A DNA stretch of 64,000 bases from Mobula hypostoma (taxonomy: Eukaryota), in contig NC_086108.1 of NCBI RefSeq assembly GCF_963921235.1, forward strand, positions 29,142,001 to 29,206,000, written 5' to 3'. Positions within the stretch are counted from its first letter, which is position 1; each line of letters opens with the position of its first letter. The notes beneath the pieces were generated by a model. It did no database searches. It was not told where the DNA came from and was given only the letters and a program-made list of their open reading frames with translations. The position numbers were made by a program, and so were the translations under genes. Below are positions 1 through 11,659 of the stretch, piece after piece.

Positions 1-189
1 TTTCTTGTGTCTTGTTTATTCTATTTCCTAGTGTCAGTGACTCTATTCAAGCAAAAGTGGTCACCATCTGTATACGAGGTAACCCTTATCTAACGTTGAA
101 GATGTAATGCAAAGGGCCTTCTCTCAGGCACTTCAGGAGCACTAGAAGGAGGTGATGGGCAGGCAAGGAGAAAAGGAGAGAGAGAGAAA

Positions 190-780
190 CGGGGATGGGG
201 AATGGTGAAGGAGAGGGTGGGGGGGGGCAGTACTGGAAATTCGAGAAATCGATGTTCATGCCATCAGGTTGGAGGCTACCCAGATGGAATATAAGGTATT
301 GTTCCTTCAACCTGAGTGTGGTCTCATCAGGATAGTAGAGGAGGCCATAGATAGACATGAGACACACTCAGGTAATGCCCCCCTCTCCTTCATCAGTCCC
401 CATCCATTTTCCCTCTTTCATCTTATCTCCTTGCCTGCCCATTGCTTCTCTCTGGTGCTTCTCACCCCCTCTCCTTTTCTTTCTTCGATGGCCTTCTGTC
501 CTCTCCTGTTGGATTCCCCCTCCTCCAGCCCTGTATCTCTTTCACCAATCAACTTCCAAGCTCTTTACTTCACCCATCTCCCCCCTGGATTCTCCTGTAA
601 CCCTGTGTTTCTCCCTCCCCTCCCCCCACCTTTTAATTCTGCTACTCATCTTTTTTTTCTCCAGTCCTTCTGAAGGGTCTCAGCCTGAAACATCGACTGT
701 ACTTTTTTCCACAGATGCTGCCGGCCTGCTGAGTTCCTCCAGCATTTTTGTGTGTGTTGCTTCATCCCTTCAAATCTGTT
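190..780. mobile_element. Penelope-like element (PLE) remnant: inverted GIY-YIG C-terminal fragment followed by 3' region with a degenerate hammerhead
   Basis: Minus ORF 86..367 reads DETTLRLKEQYLIFHLGSLQPDGMNIDFSNF, resembling the PLE GIY-YIG endonuclease C-terminus. 663-698 is a mutated copy of the hammerhead at 13794 and 50641. Confidence 0.75.
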
Positions 781-848
781 CCAACTTTCAACTTGATTAT
801 GGTTGATCTTCTGTCTCAAATCCATCTTCCCCAACCTATACAAATAAT

Positions 849-953
849 GGGGTCCCCACCTGGCACTCAGCTCTCACCTGTGGCTCCCCATAGCTGTGCG
901 ACAGCGGCCACACCCCGGGCAACGGCTTCGACAAGCCGGCTAAACCAGGTGAG
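849..953 (+). ncRNA. Candidate HDV-like self-cleaving ribozyme
   Basis: P1 GGGGT(849-853)/ACCCC(912-916); P2 CTCACCTG(873-880)/CAGGTGAG(946-953); P3 GGC(882-884)/GCC(907-909); L3 begins TCC; GG-GCAAC follows P1; P4 GGCTT/AAGCC; J4/2 GGCTAA. Folded manually only. Confidence 0.5.
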
Positions 954-1323
954 GGTAGCCGACGGGTCTCAAACCCTCAGTGAGATAGGGAGTTGTCTAT
1001 CCCAGCATGTGAAGACAGACTCCGGCGGATTGAGCGGATGAGACCAATGGAAGGTCCAACGGTCAAGAAGGTGGTCTCTGTAAGCGTCGTGGAATGTGTA
1101 GAGCAGAACAAGACACAGAAGACGTCCTGGTCATCCACTGCGCCTAGTCCCATCTCCAGCCGTCTCGACTCTGTCTTGCCACTGGACCCAGATGGGAATT
1201 GGGAAGAGAGAGTGAGGCTGACGCTGCGCAACTCTCCCTCACTTAAATCCAAGTCACGCGCTAGTCTCGACACCATCAATAATGGTGTCGAGGTCCTCAT
1301 CGACGTACGATGGACGAACAAGA
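849..1323 (+). mobile_element. Non-autonomous retroposon, 475 bp, possibly RTE-partnered
   Basis: 12-bp direct repeat TATACAAATAAT at 837-848 and 1324-1335. The interior is GC/CpG-rich relative to its flanks. 11-bp 3' stem at 1266-1276/1282-1292. The family assignment is inferred. Confidence 0.7.
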
Positions 1324-2271
1324 TATACAAATAATATGCAGCCCTTTGAGCAGAAATGCGTGTCATTTTCAAGCGTGAGCTTGCATGGGTGCCTGATGTT
1401 AAATGAGCTGCAGCAACAATATATGGATCTGATTTGACATGCAGCACATTGTAAAAGTTCATCTTGTGTCACTAAAGCTAGTGAAGAAACTGCTGAGTTT
1501 TGTAGGCTTAGGGGCTTCTTTTAGGTGCATTGCATTCTCATGCCGTAGGTTTCAGATGGATTTATTTTTTACTCCCCACTAGATAAGTACCATCCGAAGT
1601 GGTGACGTTCATTTAAATTCCAGCAAAGCATTTACTGACATGTAATTTCCAACCCACATTTGATGAGCTCCAAGTATCATTTCCAAGTAGAAATATTGAA
1701 ATCAGTGTGATTTTGGAAGACTTGATGAGCCCAGCGTGCCTCAGTTCTAGTGGGATGAATCCTGCTTTACTCTATTCCCACCCACACGGTGAACATCAGC
1801 ATCATTTTCTGATTGCAACCTTTTCAAATGTATAATGATAGTCTCATGTTGGGAGATGATTTCTCTTTCATCTGACTGGCAATGTTGCAGAATAGATTAC
1901 CTACTCATGGCAGAATTTACACTGTCTGCATCCTATTTCCACTGCTTAGATACTACAATGGGCAAATAATATTAGGTTTTGGGCCAGATGGCAAGAAAGA
2001 AAGGTCTCCATCCTATTAAAATGGTTTAACTAGTAGGGTTGGAAGAATCAATGAAGCCATGATTAAGGAAGTTAGCTGCATTTGTTTAATACCACAGTAG
2101 AGTTCTAATGACATCGAATGGCATTACAATGGATGGTCATTTTTTGTCTCTCTCAAACATTTCTACCAGATTGACCCATAGAAGGAAGCAAATGTTTATC
2201 AATCAAGTGGCAGTGAACTTCAGGCTTAGATTAGCAGCTATGTGAAGGCATAGCCGAAGACTGGGCATGAA

Positions 2272-3880
2272 AAACATAAGACATGAGCAGAAGTAGGCCA
2301 TTCGGCCCATCTTCTCTGCTCTATCATTCCATCATGGCTGCTTTATTACCCCCCTCAACCCCGTTCTCCTGCCTTATGCACATAGCCTATGAAACTCTTA
2401 CTATTAAAGAAACCACCAGTATCTAGGTAAATCTACCCAATGACTAGGCCTCCACAGCTCTCTGTGACAATGAATTACACAGATTCATCACCATCTGGCT
2501 AAAGAAATTCCTCTTTATTTTTGTTCTAAAGGAAAGTCCTTCTATCCTGAGGTTGTGCCCTCTGGTCCTAGACCCCCCCACTATCGGAAATATGCTCTTC
2601 ACATCCACTCTATCTAGGCCTTTCAATATAGTCATAGTCATAGTCATAGTCATACTTTATTGACCCCAGGGGGAAATTGGTTTTCATTACAGTTGCACCA
2701 TAAATAATAAATAGTAATAGAACCATAAATAGTTAAATAGTAATATGTAAATTATGCCAGGAAATTATGAAATAAGTCCAGGACCAGCCTATCAGCACAG
2801 GGTGTCTGACCCTCCAAGTAACGAGTTGTAAAGTTTGATGGCCACAGGCAGGAATGACTTCCTATGACGCTCTGTGCTGCATCTTGGAGGAATGAGTCTC
2901 TGGCTGAACGTGCTCCTGTGCCCACCCAGTACATTATGTAGTGGATGGGAGACATTGACCAAGATGGCATGCAACTTAGACAGCATCCTCTTTTCAGACA
3001 CCACTGTCAGAGAGTCCAGTTCCATCCCCACAACATCACTGGCCTTACGAATGAGTTTGTTGATTCTGTTGGTGTCTGCTACCCTCAGCCTGCTGCCCCA
3101 GCACACAACAGCAAACATGATTGCACTGGCCACCACAGACTCGTAGAACATCCACAGCATCGAAACAAATCAATATCCAATTTGTTTCAATGAGATCCCC
3201 TTTCATTCTTCTGAACACCAGAAGTTATAGGCCCAGAACCATCAAATGCTCCTCTTACATTTACCCTTTTCATTGCCAGGATCATTCTGATGAATTTTCA
3301 TTCTCCTTTCTTAGACAAGGGGCCCAAAACTGCTCAAAATACTCCAAGTGTGATCCACCATGGCCTTACAAAGCTACAGCATTACATTCTTGCTTTTATA
3401 TTCTAGTACTCTTGAAGTGAATGCGAACATTGCATTTGCCTTCCTTACCACTGACTCAACCTGCCAATTAACCTTTAGGGCATCCTGCATGAGGACTCCC
3501 AAGTCCCTTTGCACCTCTGATTTCTGAATTTTCTCTCCTTGGAAAATAATGTATATCTTCATTCCTTTTACCAAAGTGCATGGCCATACACTTCCCTACA
3601 CTATATTCTGCTACTTCTTTGACCATTCTCCTAATCTAAGTCCTTCTGTCTACTCCCTACTTCCCCAGCACTACCTGCCCCTCTATGTTCGTATTGTCCG
3701 CAAATTTGGCCATGAAGCCATCAATTCTGTCATCAAAATCACTGACATACAGTATATCATAAAAAGAAGCAGTCCCAACACCTACCCCTGCAGAATGACA
3801 TTAGTAACCGGCAGCAAACCAGGAAAGGCCCTCTTTATTCTCACTCCTTGTCACCTGCCAGTCAGCCAATCTTCTATCTT
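2272..3880 (-). mobile_element. Degenerate CR1 LINE 3' portion, interrupted by a Rex1-like fragment
   Basis: Minus ORFs read GLDRVDVKSIFPIVGGSRTRGHNLRI and VQRDLGVLMQDALKVNWQVESVVRKANAM (CR1 RT C-terminal region). Confidence 0.8.
2628..3165 (-). mobile_element. Rex1/Babar-like LINE 3' fragment with (GACTAT)n tail
   Basis: ORF 2792..3160 reads FYESVVASAIMFAVVCWG...RCSTERHRKSFLPVAIKLYN. (ATAGTC)n at about 2628-2653. TCAATAT occurs on both sides. Confidence 0.8.
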
Positions 3881-3955
3881 TCCGTATCTTTCTTATAATA
3901 CCATCCAGAAACATTCCGGATTCCACAATCAAATACATAGACAGCATCTAATATA

Positions 3956-5622
3956 CGAAGGGTGATTGGTAAGATCATGGCCTAAGGTAGAAAGAGTCAA
4001 TTTTAGAAAACCTAGCACATTTATTTTTCAATATAGTCCCCTCCTACATTACACACTTAGTCCAGTGGTCGTGGAGCATACGGATCTTGGACTTCCAGAA
4101 AGTGTCCACAGCAGGGGTGATTGATAAATTCGTGGCCTAAGGCAGAAGGAGATGACCTTCGTCTTGTCAGGGAGAGTGAGGAGTTGATAGAGAGGAGATA
4201 CAGGCAGGTGGTCACACCGGGGTCATGGGAGGCAGACATGTGGGTCAAGGTTAGGAGGGGGAATAGGAAGAGTCAGGTAATAGAGAGTACCCCTGTGGCT
4301 GTGGCTGTGCCCCTTGACAATAAGTGTTCTTGTTTCTCCAATAAAAAATCTCAAACCCAGGTTCAGTCCTGGGTCCAATGTTGTTTGTCATAATGATCTG
4401 GAAGATAGGGTGGTAAATTGGATTAGTAAGTATGCAGATGATACTAAAATAGGTGGTGTTGTGGATGTTGAGGTAGGTTTTCAAGATTTAGGCCAATTAG
4501 AAGAGTGGGCTGAAAGATGGCAGATGGAGTTTAATGCTGAAAAATGTGAGGTGCTACATTTTGGTAGGACTAATCAAAATAGGACATACATGGTAAATGG
4601 CAGGGCATTGAAGAATGCTGTAGAACAGAGGGATCTAGGAATAATGGTGCATAGTTCCTTGAAGGTGGAATCTCATGTGGACAGGGTGTTAAAGAAAACT
4701 TCTGGTATGCTGGCCTTTATTAATCAGAACATTGAGTATAGGAGTTGGGATGTAATGTTGAAATTGCATAGGGCATTGGTAATGCCAAATTTGGAGTATT
4801 GTGTACAGTTCTGGTCACCGAATTATAGGAAAGATGTCAATAAGATTGAGAGAGTACAGAGGAGGTTTACTAAAATGTTGCCTGGGTTTCATCTCCTAAG
4901 TTACAGAGAAAGGTTGAACAAGTTAGGTCTTTATTCTCTTAAGCATAGAAGGTTGAGGGGGGACTTGATAGAGATATTTAAAATTATGAGGGGGATTGAT
5001 AGAGTTGACGTGAATAAGCTTTTTCCATTGAGAGTGGGGAAGACTCAAACAAGAGGACATGAGTTGAGAGTTAAAGGACAAAAGTTTAGGGGTAACATGA
5101 GGGGGAACTTCTTTACTCAGAGAGTGGTAGCTGTGTGGAATGAGCTTCCAGCATAAGTGGTTAAGGCAGGTTCAATGTTGTTGTTTAAAGTTAAATTGGA
5201 TAGATATATGGACAGGAAAGGAATTTCGGGGTTATGGGCTGAGTGCAGGTCAGTGGGACTAGGTGAGAGTAATAGTTCGGCATGGACTAGAAGGGCCGAG
5301 ATGGCCTGTTTCCGTGCTGTAATTGTTATATGGTTATATGAGATGAGTTATTAACTTCAAACTTTCTGCATAATCACTCAAAGGGTTGGACAGCATGTGA
5401 ATGCAAGGAGAGCTGTATAACTCAGCTCCTTCTAACTTAGGCCGTGAACTTATCAATCACCCCTGCTGTGGACACTTTGTGGAGGTCCAAGATCCGTATG
5501 CTCCATGACCGCTGGACTAAGTGTGTAAATGTAGGAGGGGACTATGTTGTAAAATAAATGTGCTAGGTTTTCTAAAATTGACTCCTTCTACCTTAGGCCA
5601 CAAACTTATCAATCACCCCTTG
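3956..5622. mobile_element. Mariner-derived foldback MITE with ~200-bp inverted arms, interrupted by CR1
   Basis: 3956-4155 is the reverse complement of ~5421-5622. TA flanks at 3954-3955 and 5623-5624. The right arm encodes RMLHDRWTKCVNVGGDYVVK*, a mariner-transposase-like C-terminus. Confidence 0.85.
4156..5339 (+). mobile_element. CR1 LINE insertion: ORF1 fragment fused to RT 3' end
   Basis: ORF 4314..5156 contains the RT motif KYADDTKIG and LEYCVQFWSP. 4156-4335 reads DLRLVRESEELIERRYRQVVTP (ORF1-like). TSD GAGATGA at 4149-4155 and 5340-5346. Confidence 0.9.
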
Positions 5623-6216
5623 TAGATTCAATACAAAACACAGCTTTTATTTTACAGTACATTCCCACTTCATGGTCACAGTTCCCCCTATTCCAATTTT
5701 GATACTCATTGTGAAGAGACTTAACACACACTTGGCAATTAGCTTGAAGTGTGAAACTCAAGATTGCATATTGGGTGATAAAGCTTGGAATAGAAATAGC
5801 AAAAAATCCAGGGCAAATTATTTTTGCTGTTATTTGAGATCTAAGTGTGCCATTAAGAGTTGGAATATGTCTCATGCTGATCTAAAGTCAACCCTGCGCT
5901 GCTTTGCAACAGTGAAAAACCATCCAGAGGTCTCTGTGACCGACCAAGGCCCAGTTCCTCAGCTCTCCCTCCTCTCCCTGGGCCCCGCATCCCACATTCC
6001 CCACCCAAACATCGAGGCCCTGGCTCCACATTCCACCTCACGGATCCAGAGCTTTCTCCAGACTCCTTAAACTGTTGTGTGCTATACTAAAATGAATTGT
6101 TTCTGCTTACTATGCTTTCTTTACACTTAGAGTTGATTAAATATTTATTACTTTCACACAATTTGGGCAGATGCGGCTTGTCGGCTAGGTTGTTCAGCTC
6201 ATCTAGGAGGAGGAAA

Positions 6217-7040
6217 AGTTCAAAGGTTCAAAGTACATTTGTCGTCAAGGTATGTGTACAGAATACAACTCTGAGTTTCATCTTCCCGAAGGCCCCCACT
6301 AAACGAAGAAACATCATGGAACCCGTTCAAGAAAACACCAAGCACCTAACGTGTGAGAAAAGAGCCAAGTTATGCAAACGGCAAAAAGAGAGCGAACAAC
6401 ATATCAACATATCAATCATCAAACCAGGAGTCCAGTAGTATTTAGTTTAGTCCAGTACAGCGCAGCATGCAAGACCACTGCAGGCTGCAGGGCTTTTCTT
6501 TGCTGAAGCATCGATCAAACCGCTCAAAAACAGTAAAACATTGAGTAACCAGAATCCAGGAACAGATGCAACATGAACCTCAAAGTCCCCCAAAATGAGT
6601 CCATTGACTCGTCGATCAATCCTTGCAATGTGGATTCCAAGACTCCTGAATTTTCCCCGACAGCAAGGGGGAGAGAAGGACTGGTCAAATGCTGGCAGAT
6701 GGTGACAAACATCCGCCTGCCCTCTGCTCTCATCCTCATCAACTTCAACCGTGCTCGATGCCGCAGAGAGAAGCAATGGAGACAATCATGCACCTGTGCC
6801 AGGCTCCAGGCTGCACACACCGCTCCAAACCTCATCAAACTCCCTCCGAGACAGCAAAGCAACGGATCACTCAATCAGCCCAAAAGCACACCATCAAAAT
6901 AAAAACCATGGGTTCCCATCGCACACAGCTTAGTAGTAGAATCATATTTGAAAGAAAAAGGAAGTAAAAGGAATAAAAGTAGTTTTGTGAACTGTCTGCA
7001 GGACGTCACCATTGGCGTTGTTGTGCACTGGTGCCATAAA
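6217..7040 (-). mobile_element. Non-autonomous LINE-tailed repeat
   Basis: Begins AAGTTCAAAGGTTCAAAGTACATTT, the reverse of the (TTTGAAC)-type tail seen at about 45070, 53166 and 54030. A related fragment lies at 23660-23900. Confidence 0.5.
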
Positions 7041-9199
7041 AACTCTGATCTCAAACCTCCACTGCTGTGTGGCTGTACCCACTCAAGGGGAAGGCTAAGG
7101 GAGTGAACCCTGAGGAAAAATCTGGAGCTGGAGTCCCTAAGGCAGTATCAAATTGATTTCAACACTGATTGGCGACTCCTGTGTCACTGCCACTGCCAAA
7201 CTGTATTGGTCCCCGTCGTTCCTTTGGATTCATCAGCTACGTGGAGAGGGGGAGCTAGCTGCATAGGCAGCAAGCTTTCTTTCCATAGTGTTCTGCCCCG
7301 GCTTGCGTATCATGTGGATAGCTAGGATGCAATATCCATGTCCAACCTCGAGCAACGGAGGGCCTGGTTACGTTAGACCAAGGGATCATTCATATTCACC
7401 CGAGAGCGTGGAGACTGGGGTGTCAGCTTAAAGCCCCACTTAAAATTCTTTATTTAGCATTGTTTCACATCACCTCTGACTTATTAGATTCAACAATCCA
7501 ACTGAAAATAAATTTAACTATTATCTATGTCAGTGAAAACAACAGAGTTAAGAGCACCTCTTCCAGTTTGACTATGGGCTTCATTTATCATCTGCTGAAA
7601 GGTATTCTGAAACAACATAATAAAAAAGGTAGTTACTTTACCAGATCATGCTACCCTGTAATTTCTTTTCACTGGGAGGCAGTGCTATGATGTAATTTTT
7701 CAGCTAGCTGATGTCATCCATTCCACCTAAAAGCAGTTGGCACTGCTCAGCAGGAATAAAGGGACATCAATCACACCCAAGCAATCCAGTTGACAGAGGA
7801 AAACATTACCAATGCAGTGAGCTAATCCTATTTGTTATCAAGGAATTAGAAAATTACTCTTGAAAGTGGAACATACCAGAGTAGATTAGGAAAGATTTTT
7901 CAGAATAGGAACCATAAAACAATTTCACAAAATGAAATTATATTTCACCAACAAACTGCTACCCCGGAGATTTATCTAGTGTTTAGCTCGGATGCAGACA
8001 TAAAGGTCTCCATGTTTCTATGATTGCACTACATTGATTGATTTATGATGAAGCAGCATTAGTGTATATCCTGATTAACATGATATCACCAGTTATTTAA
8101 TAACAAGCTGTATACATAAGGGACCAAGTGTGAAGAATGAACCTATTGAGAAGCTAATGCTGAGAACATCCTTTTCTTAAAGACAATTCTCGGGATGGTG
8201 AGGAAGAAGAGGAGTGACTTTCAGCATGTGGCCCCCAACCAAGGAAGGCTGTGCTCAATCATGTAAGGGAAAATTGCAAGTGCACTATACATTATCTTTT
8301 GATATGTTTATTGCAATGGTTTGGAAAATCCTGGGGAATAAATTACACAAGTTCCCAGTGTGTCCTCCCAAATAGGACACTGATCCTACTCCGAGTAGTT
8401 CTGTGGAAAATTAATCGCTCAATGATTTTAGAAGGAAGGTGGATGACTTTGTAATGGGTCACCCACGGTGTTCAAGTTTGCTTTACCCTCTTATGAAATG
8501 AGGACATCATCAGGAAAACCATAATTTAATCCCCATTCCTAAATTACCTTGGTAGGATGATACTGAACAACTAGATGGCATTTCAGATGACGGTTAAATT
8601 CTGCCATGTCGCTTGAAGTCTGGAGATGTATTGACCTTACTTTCTTAAATTAAAAAACATTTTGAGACCTCATCCACTTCTTGACCTCACTGAAGGATTA
8701 GACTTTTGAAGTGGCATCTCCTGTATGGAAATCAAAGTTCCTTAGTTGCTTTGGGCTAGATTGCTAAATTGCATTGATTGCTATTGGAAGAAATCGACAA
8801 GGATACTTCCTGTGTGGGTTAGCCATCACTGGAAAGAAAGAGAAGATGTAATTTGAGGATATATTTTGCCCAGGTAGAACAGCATGCTGGGATAGAGAAA
8901 TTACACTTCATTCCATATTCAACAAAGCTGCAGCAACTCTAGGAACATCTCATTATGGGGCTGAAAAACTTAACTTCTTCATCATTATTCCCACTCATCA
9001 TGATAAATGAGAATACCAGGAGAAAATCAGTCTAAAGGGCTGCACATTTCCTATACGCAAATTTACATACTCCTTTCAACTATTAAACCAGTTCAATTAA
9101 AGATCAGTGTTTTCAGCTCACAGTAAGTAAAAATTCTATATTTTTGTTCCAATGGTCAGAGTGTTTCCAGGAGAAGTGTTTGACAGCTTCACTCACCTG

Positions 9200-9362
9200 A
9201 GCGGTAGGGTGGTGATACATTACCACCAACAGAGGTGTAAGATTCTTCTCCTCTCCACTGTCCTGCAGGTCACCCGTGGGTAAGGTGTAGCTCCTGCTTA
9301 GCCCCATGATCAGGGTCAGGTGAAGCCATGGGAGCAGGTGGTGGATGGTCGTGTGAGCATCC
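9200..9362 (+). mobile_element. 5' part of RTE-like short element (same family as 11812 and 50757)
   Basis: Shares CTGCAGGTCACCC..GGG.AAGGTGTAGC.CCTGCTTAGCC..GATCAGGGT..GTGAAGCCATGGGAGCAGGTGGTGGATGG with the other two copies. Confidence 0.7.
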
Positions 9363-9364
9363 AC

Positions 9365-10390
9365 AGACGCCGAAGAAAGTAGAGGTGCTGTAGTGCTTTC
9401 TTTGCAATTACATTTATATGATGGGTCCAGAGCAGGTCCTCTGAAATAGTGGCGCCCAAGAATTTAAAGTAACTGACCCTCTCCTCCTCTGCTCCTCTGA
9501 TGAGGACTGGCTCATGGACCTCTGGTTTCCCTCCCCTGAAGTCTACAATCAGTTCCTTGGTCTTATGACATTGAGTGAGAGGTTCTTGTTATGACACAAC
9601 TCAGCCAAATTTTCATTCTCCCTCCTGTATGCTGATTCATCACCACCTTTAATACAGCTCACAACAGTGGTGTCATCAGCAAACTTGAATATGGTGTTGA
9701 GCTGTACTTCGTCACACAGCCATAGGTGTAAAACGAGTAGAGCAGGAGGATAAGCACACAGCCCTGTGGGGGAGATGCTTTTGTCAATCTGAACTGACTG
9801 GGGTCTGCAAGTGAGGAAATCCAGGATCCAATTGCACAAGGGGTATTGAGGCCGAGATCTTGGAGTTTACTGATTAGTTTCGAGGGATAAAGGTATTAAA
9901 TGATGAGCTGTAATTGATAAATAACATCTTTGTTGTCCGGATGTTCCAGGGTTGTGTGAAGGGCCAATGAGATGGCATCTTCTGTGGATCTGTTGCTTTG
10001 GTAGGCAAATTGGAGCAGATCCAAGTTGCCACTCAGACAGAAGCTGTTATGTTTCAACACCAGTGTCTCAAAACACTTCAGTAAGTGCCACTGGGTGATA
10101 GTCATTGAGGCAAGTTACCATGCTCTCCTTGAGCACCAGTATGAGTGAAGCCTGCTTGAAGCGGATGGGTACCACACACTGCCACAGTGAGAGGTTGAAG
10201 ATATTCGTGAACACATGGGCCTGTTGGTCAGCACAGGTCTTCAGTACTCAGCCATATACTCTGCCCAGACCGGACACTTTCCCTGGATTCACTCTTTTGA
10301 AGGCAGCCCGCAAATCATCTTCAGATACTGAGACCAAGAATCATTGGGAGACCTAGGGGTGCATGATGGTTCCTCCCTGTTCTGGTGGTC
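9365..10390 (-). mobile_element. Rex1/Babar-like LINE RT fragment
   Basis: Minus ORFs read [39 protein letters not shown] and KFADDTTVV. Confidence 0.85.
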
Positions 10391-10807
10391 AATACACTTC
10401 ATTGTTACTGATGGCATGGACTTCGCACTTCCAAACAGGGATTTAATTTGGCAATAGTGAATTTCTTATCAAAATAGCTGAGACTACTCCCAACATAAGT
10501 GATATATTTTGCTCACAAGATGTAATCTTACCAATGAAAATGAACTACTGTGCCCAATCTCTTGAAAGAAGCCACTGTGGATGCAACTGGAACAAAATGT
10601 AATTGCATTGCCTCCAACACTAGGGTGCTTGGATAACAATGTGTACCATCCACAAAGTACATTACAGTTACTTATTTTACTGACAAACAACTGTAATTTG
10701 GAAGTATATTACCATTTCATCATTGCTGGATTTAAATCTTTGAATTCCTTCCCAACTGCATTGTGGAAGTATCTCCTCTTAGAGCGATTAGAGTGGTTCA
10801 AGACAGA

Positions 10808-11090
10808 TTGGTAGTGTAGTGGTTAGCACAACATTTTAGAATACAGATGACCCTGGTTCAATTTCCCTCTGCTGCCTGTAAGGAGTTTGTACGTTCTCTC
10901 TGTGACTGTGTGGGTTTCCTCTGGGTGATCCGGTTTCTGTCCACAGTCTAAAGACATACTGATTGGTAGGTTAACTGGTCATTGTAAGATTGTCCGGTGA
11001 TTAGGCTTGGATTAAATAGGAGATTGATGGGTAGCGTAGCTTGAAGTACTGAAAGGGCCTGCTCCATGCTGTATCTCAATAAGTAAATAA
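10808..11090 (+). mobile_element. tRNA-derived V-SINE (HE1-like)
   Basis: A-box-like TAGTGTAGTGG and B-box-like GGTTCAATTTCC, followed by the V-domain GAGTTTGTACGTTCTC..GTGGGTTTCCTCTGGGTG..CCGGTTTC..CCACAGTC.AAAGAC. Confidence 0.75.
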
Positions 11091-11659
11091 GCTTCACCAC
11101 CACCATCAAAAGGTCGATTAGGAATGGGCAATAAATTTTTGCTTTGCCACTGAGGTGTAACTTTTTCTGATCATTGACTTTCATTCCCTTGGATCTGGAA
11201 ACTTGCAAGATGTTCTCAATGAAAAATATTGCATAGATTGTTAATAAAAAAAGATTGCAAAGTCAGTTGGAAGAAAATGTGAGGAGTTATACAACGTTAT
11301 ATTTAACATCATCCCACATAGTAAGAACAGAACAAGATGCAAATACACAGTGAGTCAGTGAAAAAAAAATGAAAATCACATCATGATTTGTGTCAAACTG
11401 TTTCTGGTTCCCACTGGACATGGCCCTTCCATCCTCCTTTAGGTCCTGATAGTTAGTTTGGATTTGATGTCGAGTTTTTGGTGTTAGATATTTTGCTCTG
11501 TAGTTCAGTATTCTGGATGTGCTTTTAAGCAATTCAACAGGACAGACCAAATTCAAGGACACCACACAAGTCTCGGAACCTGGACATGGGAGACTGTTTA
11601 TCTGGAACTTAAGACAGATTGAAGAAGCTGAACCTGTCCTTCTAAATGTCTATATGACA

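Noticed and set aside
10808..10880. Possible tRNA gene
   Set aside because: No complete cloverleaf; it continues into a V-SINE body.
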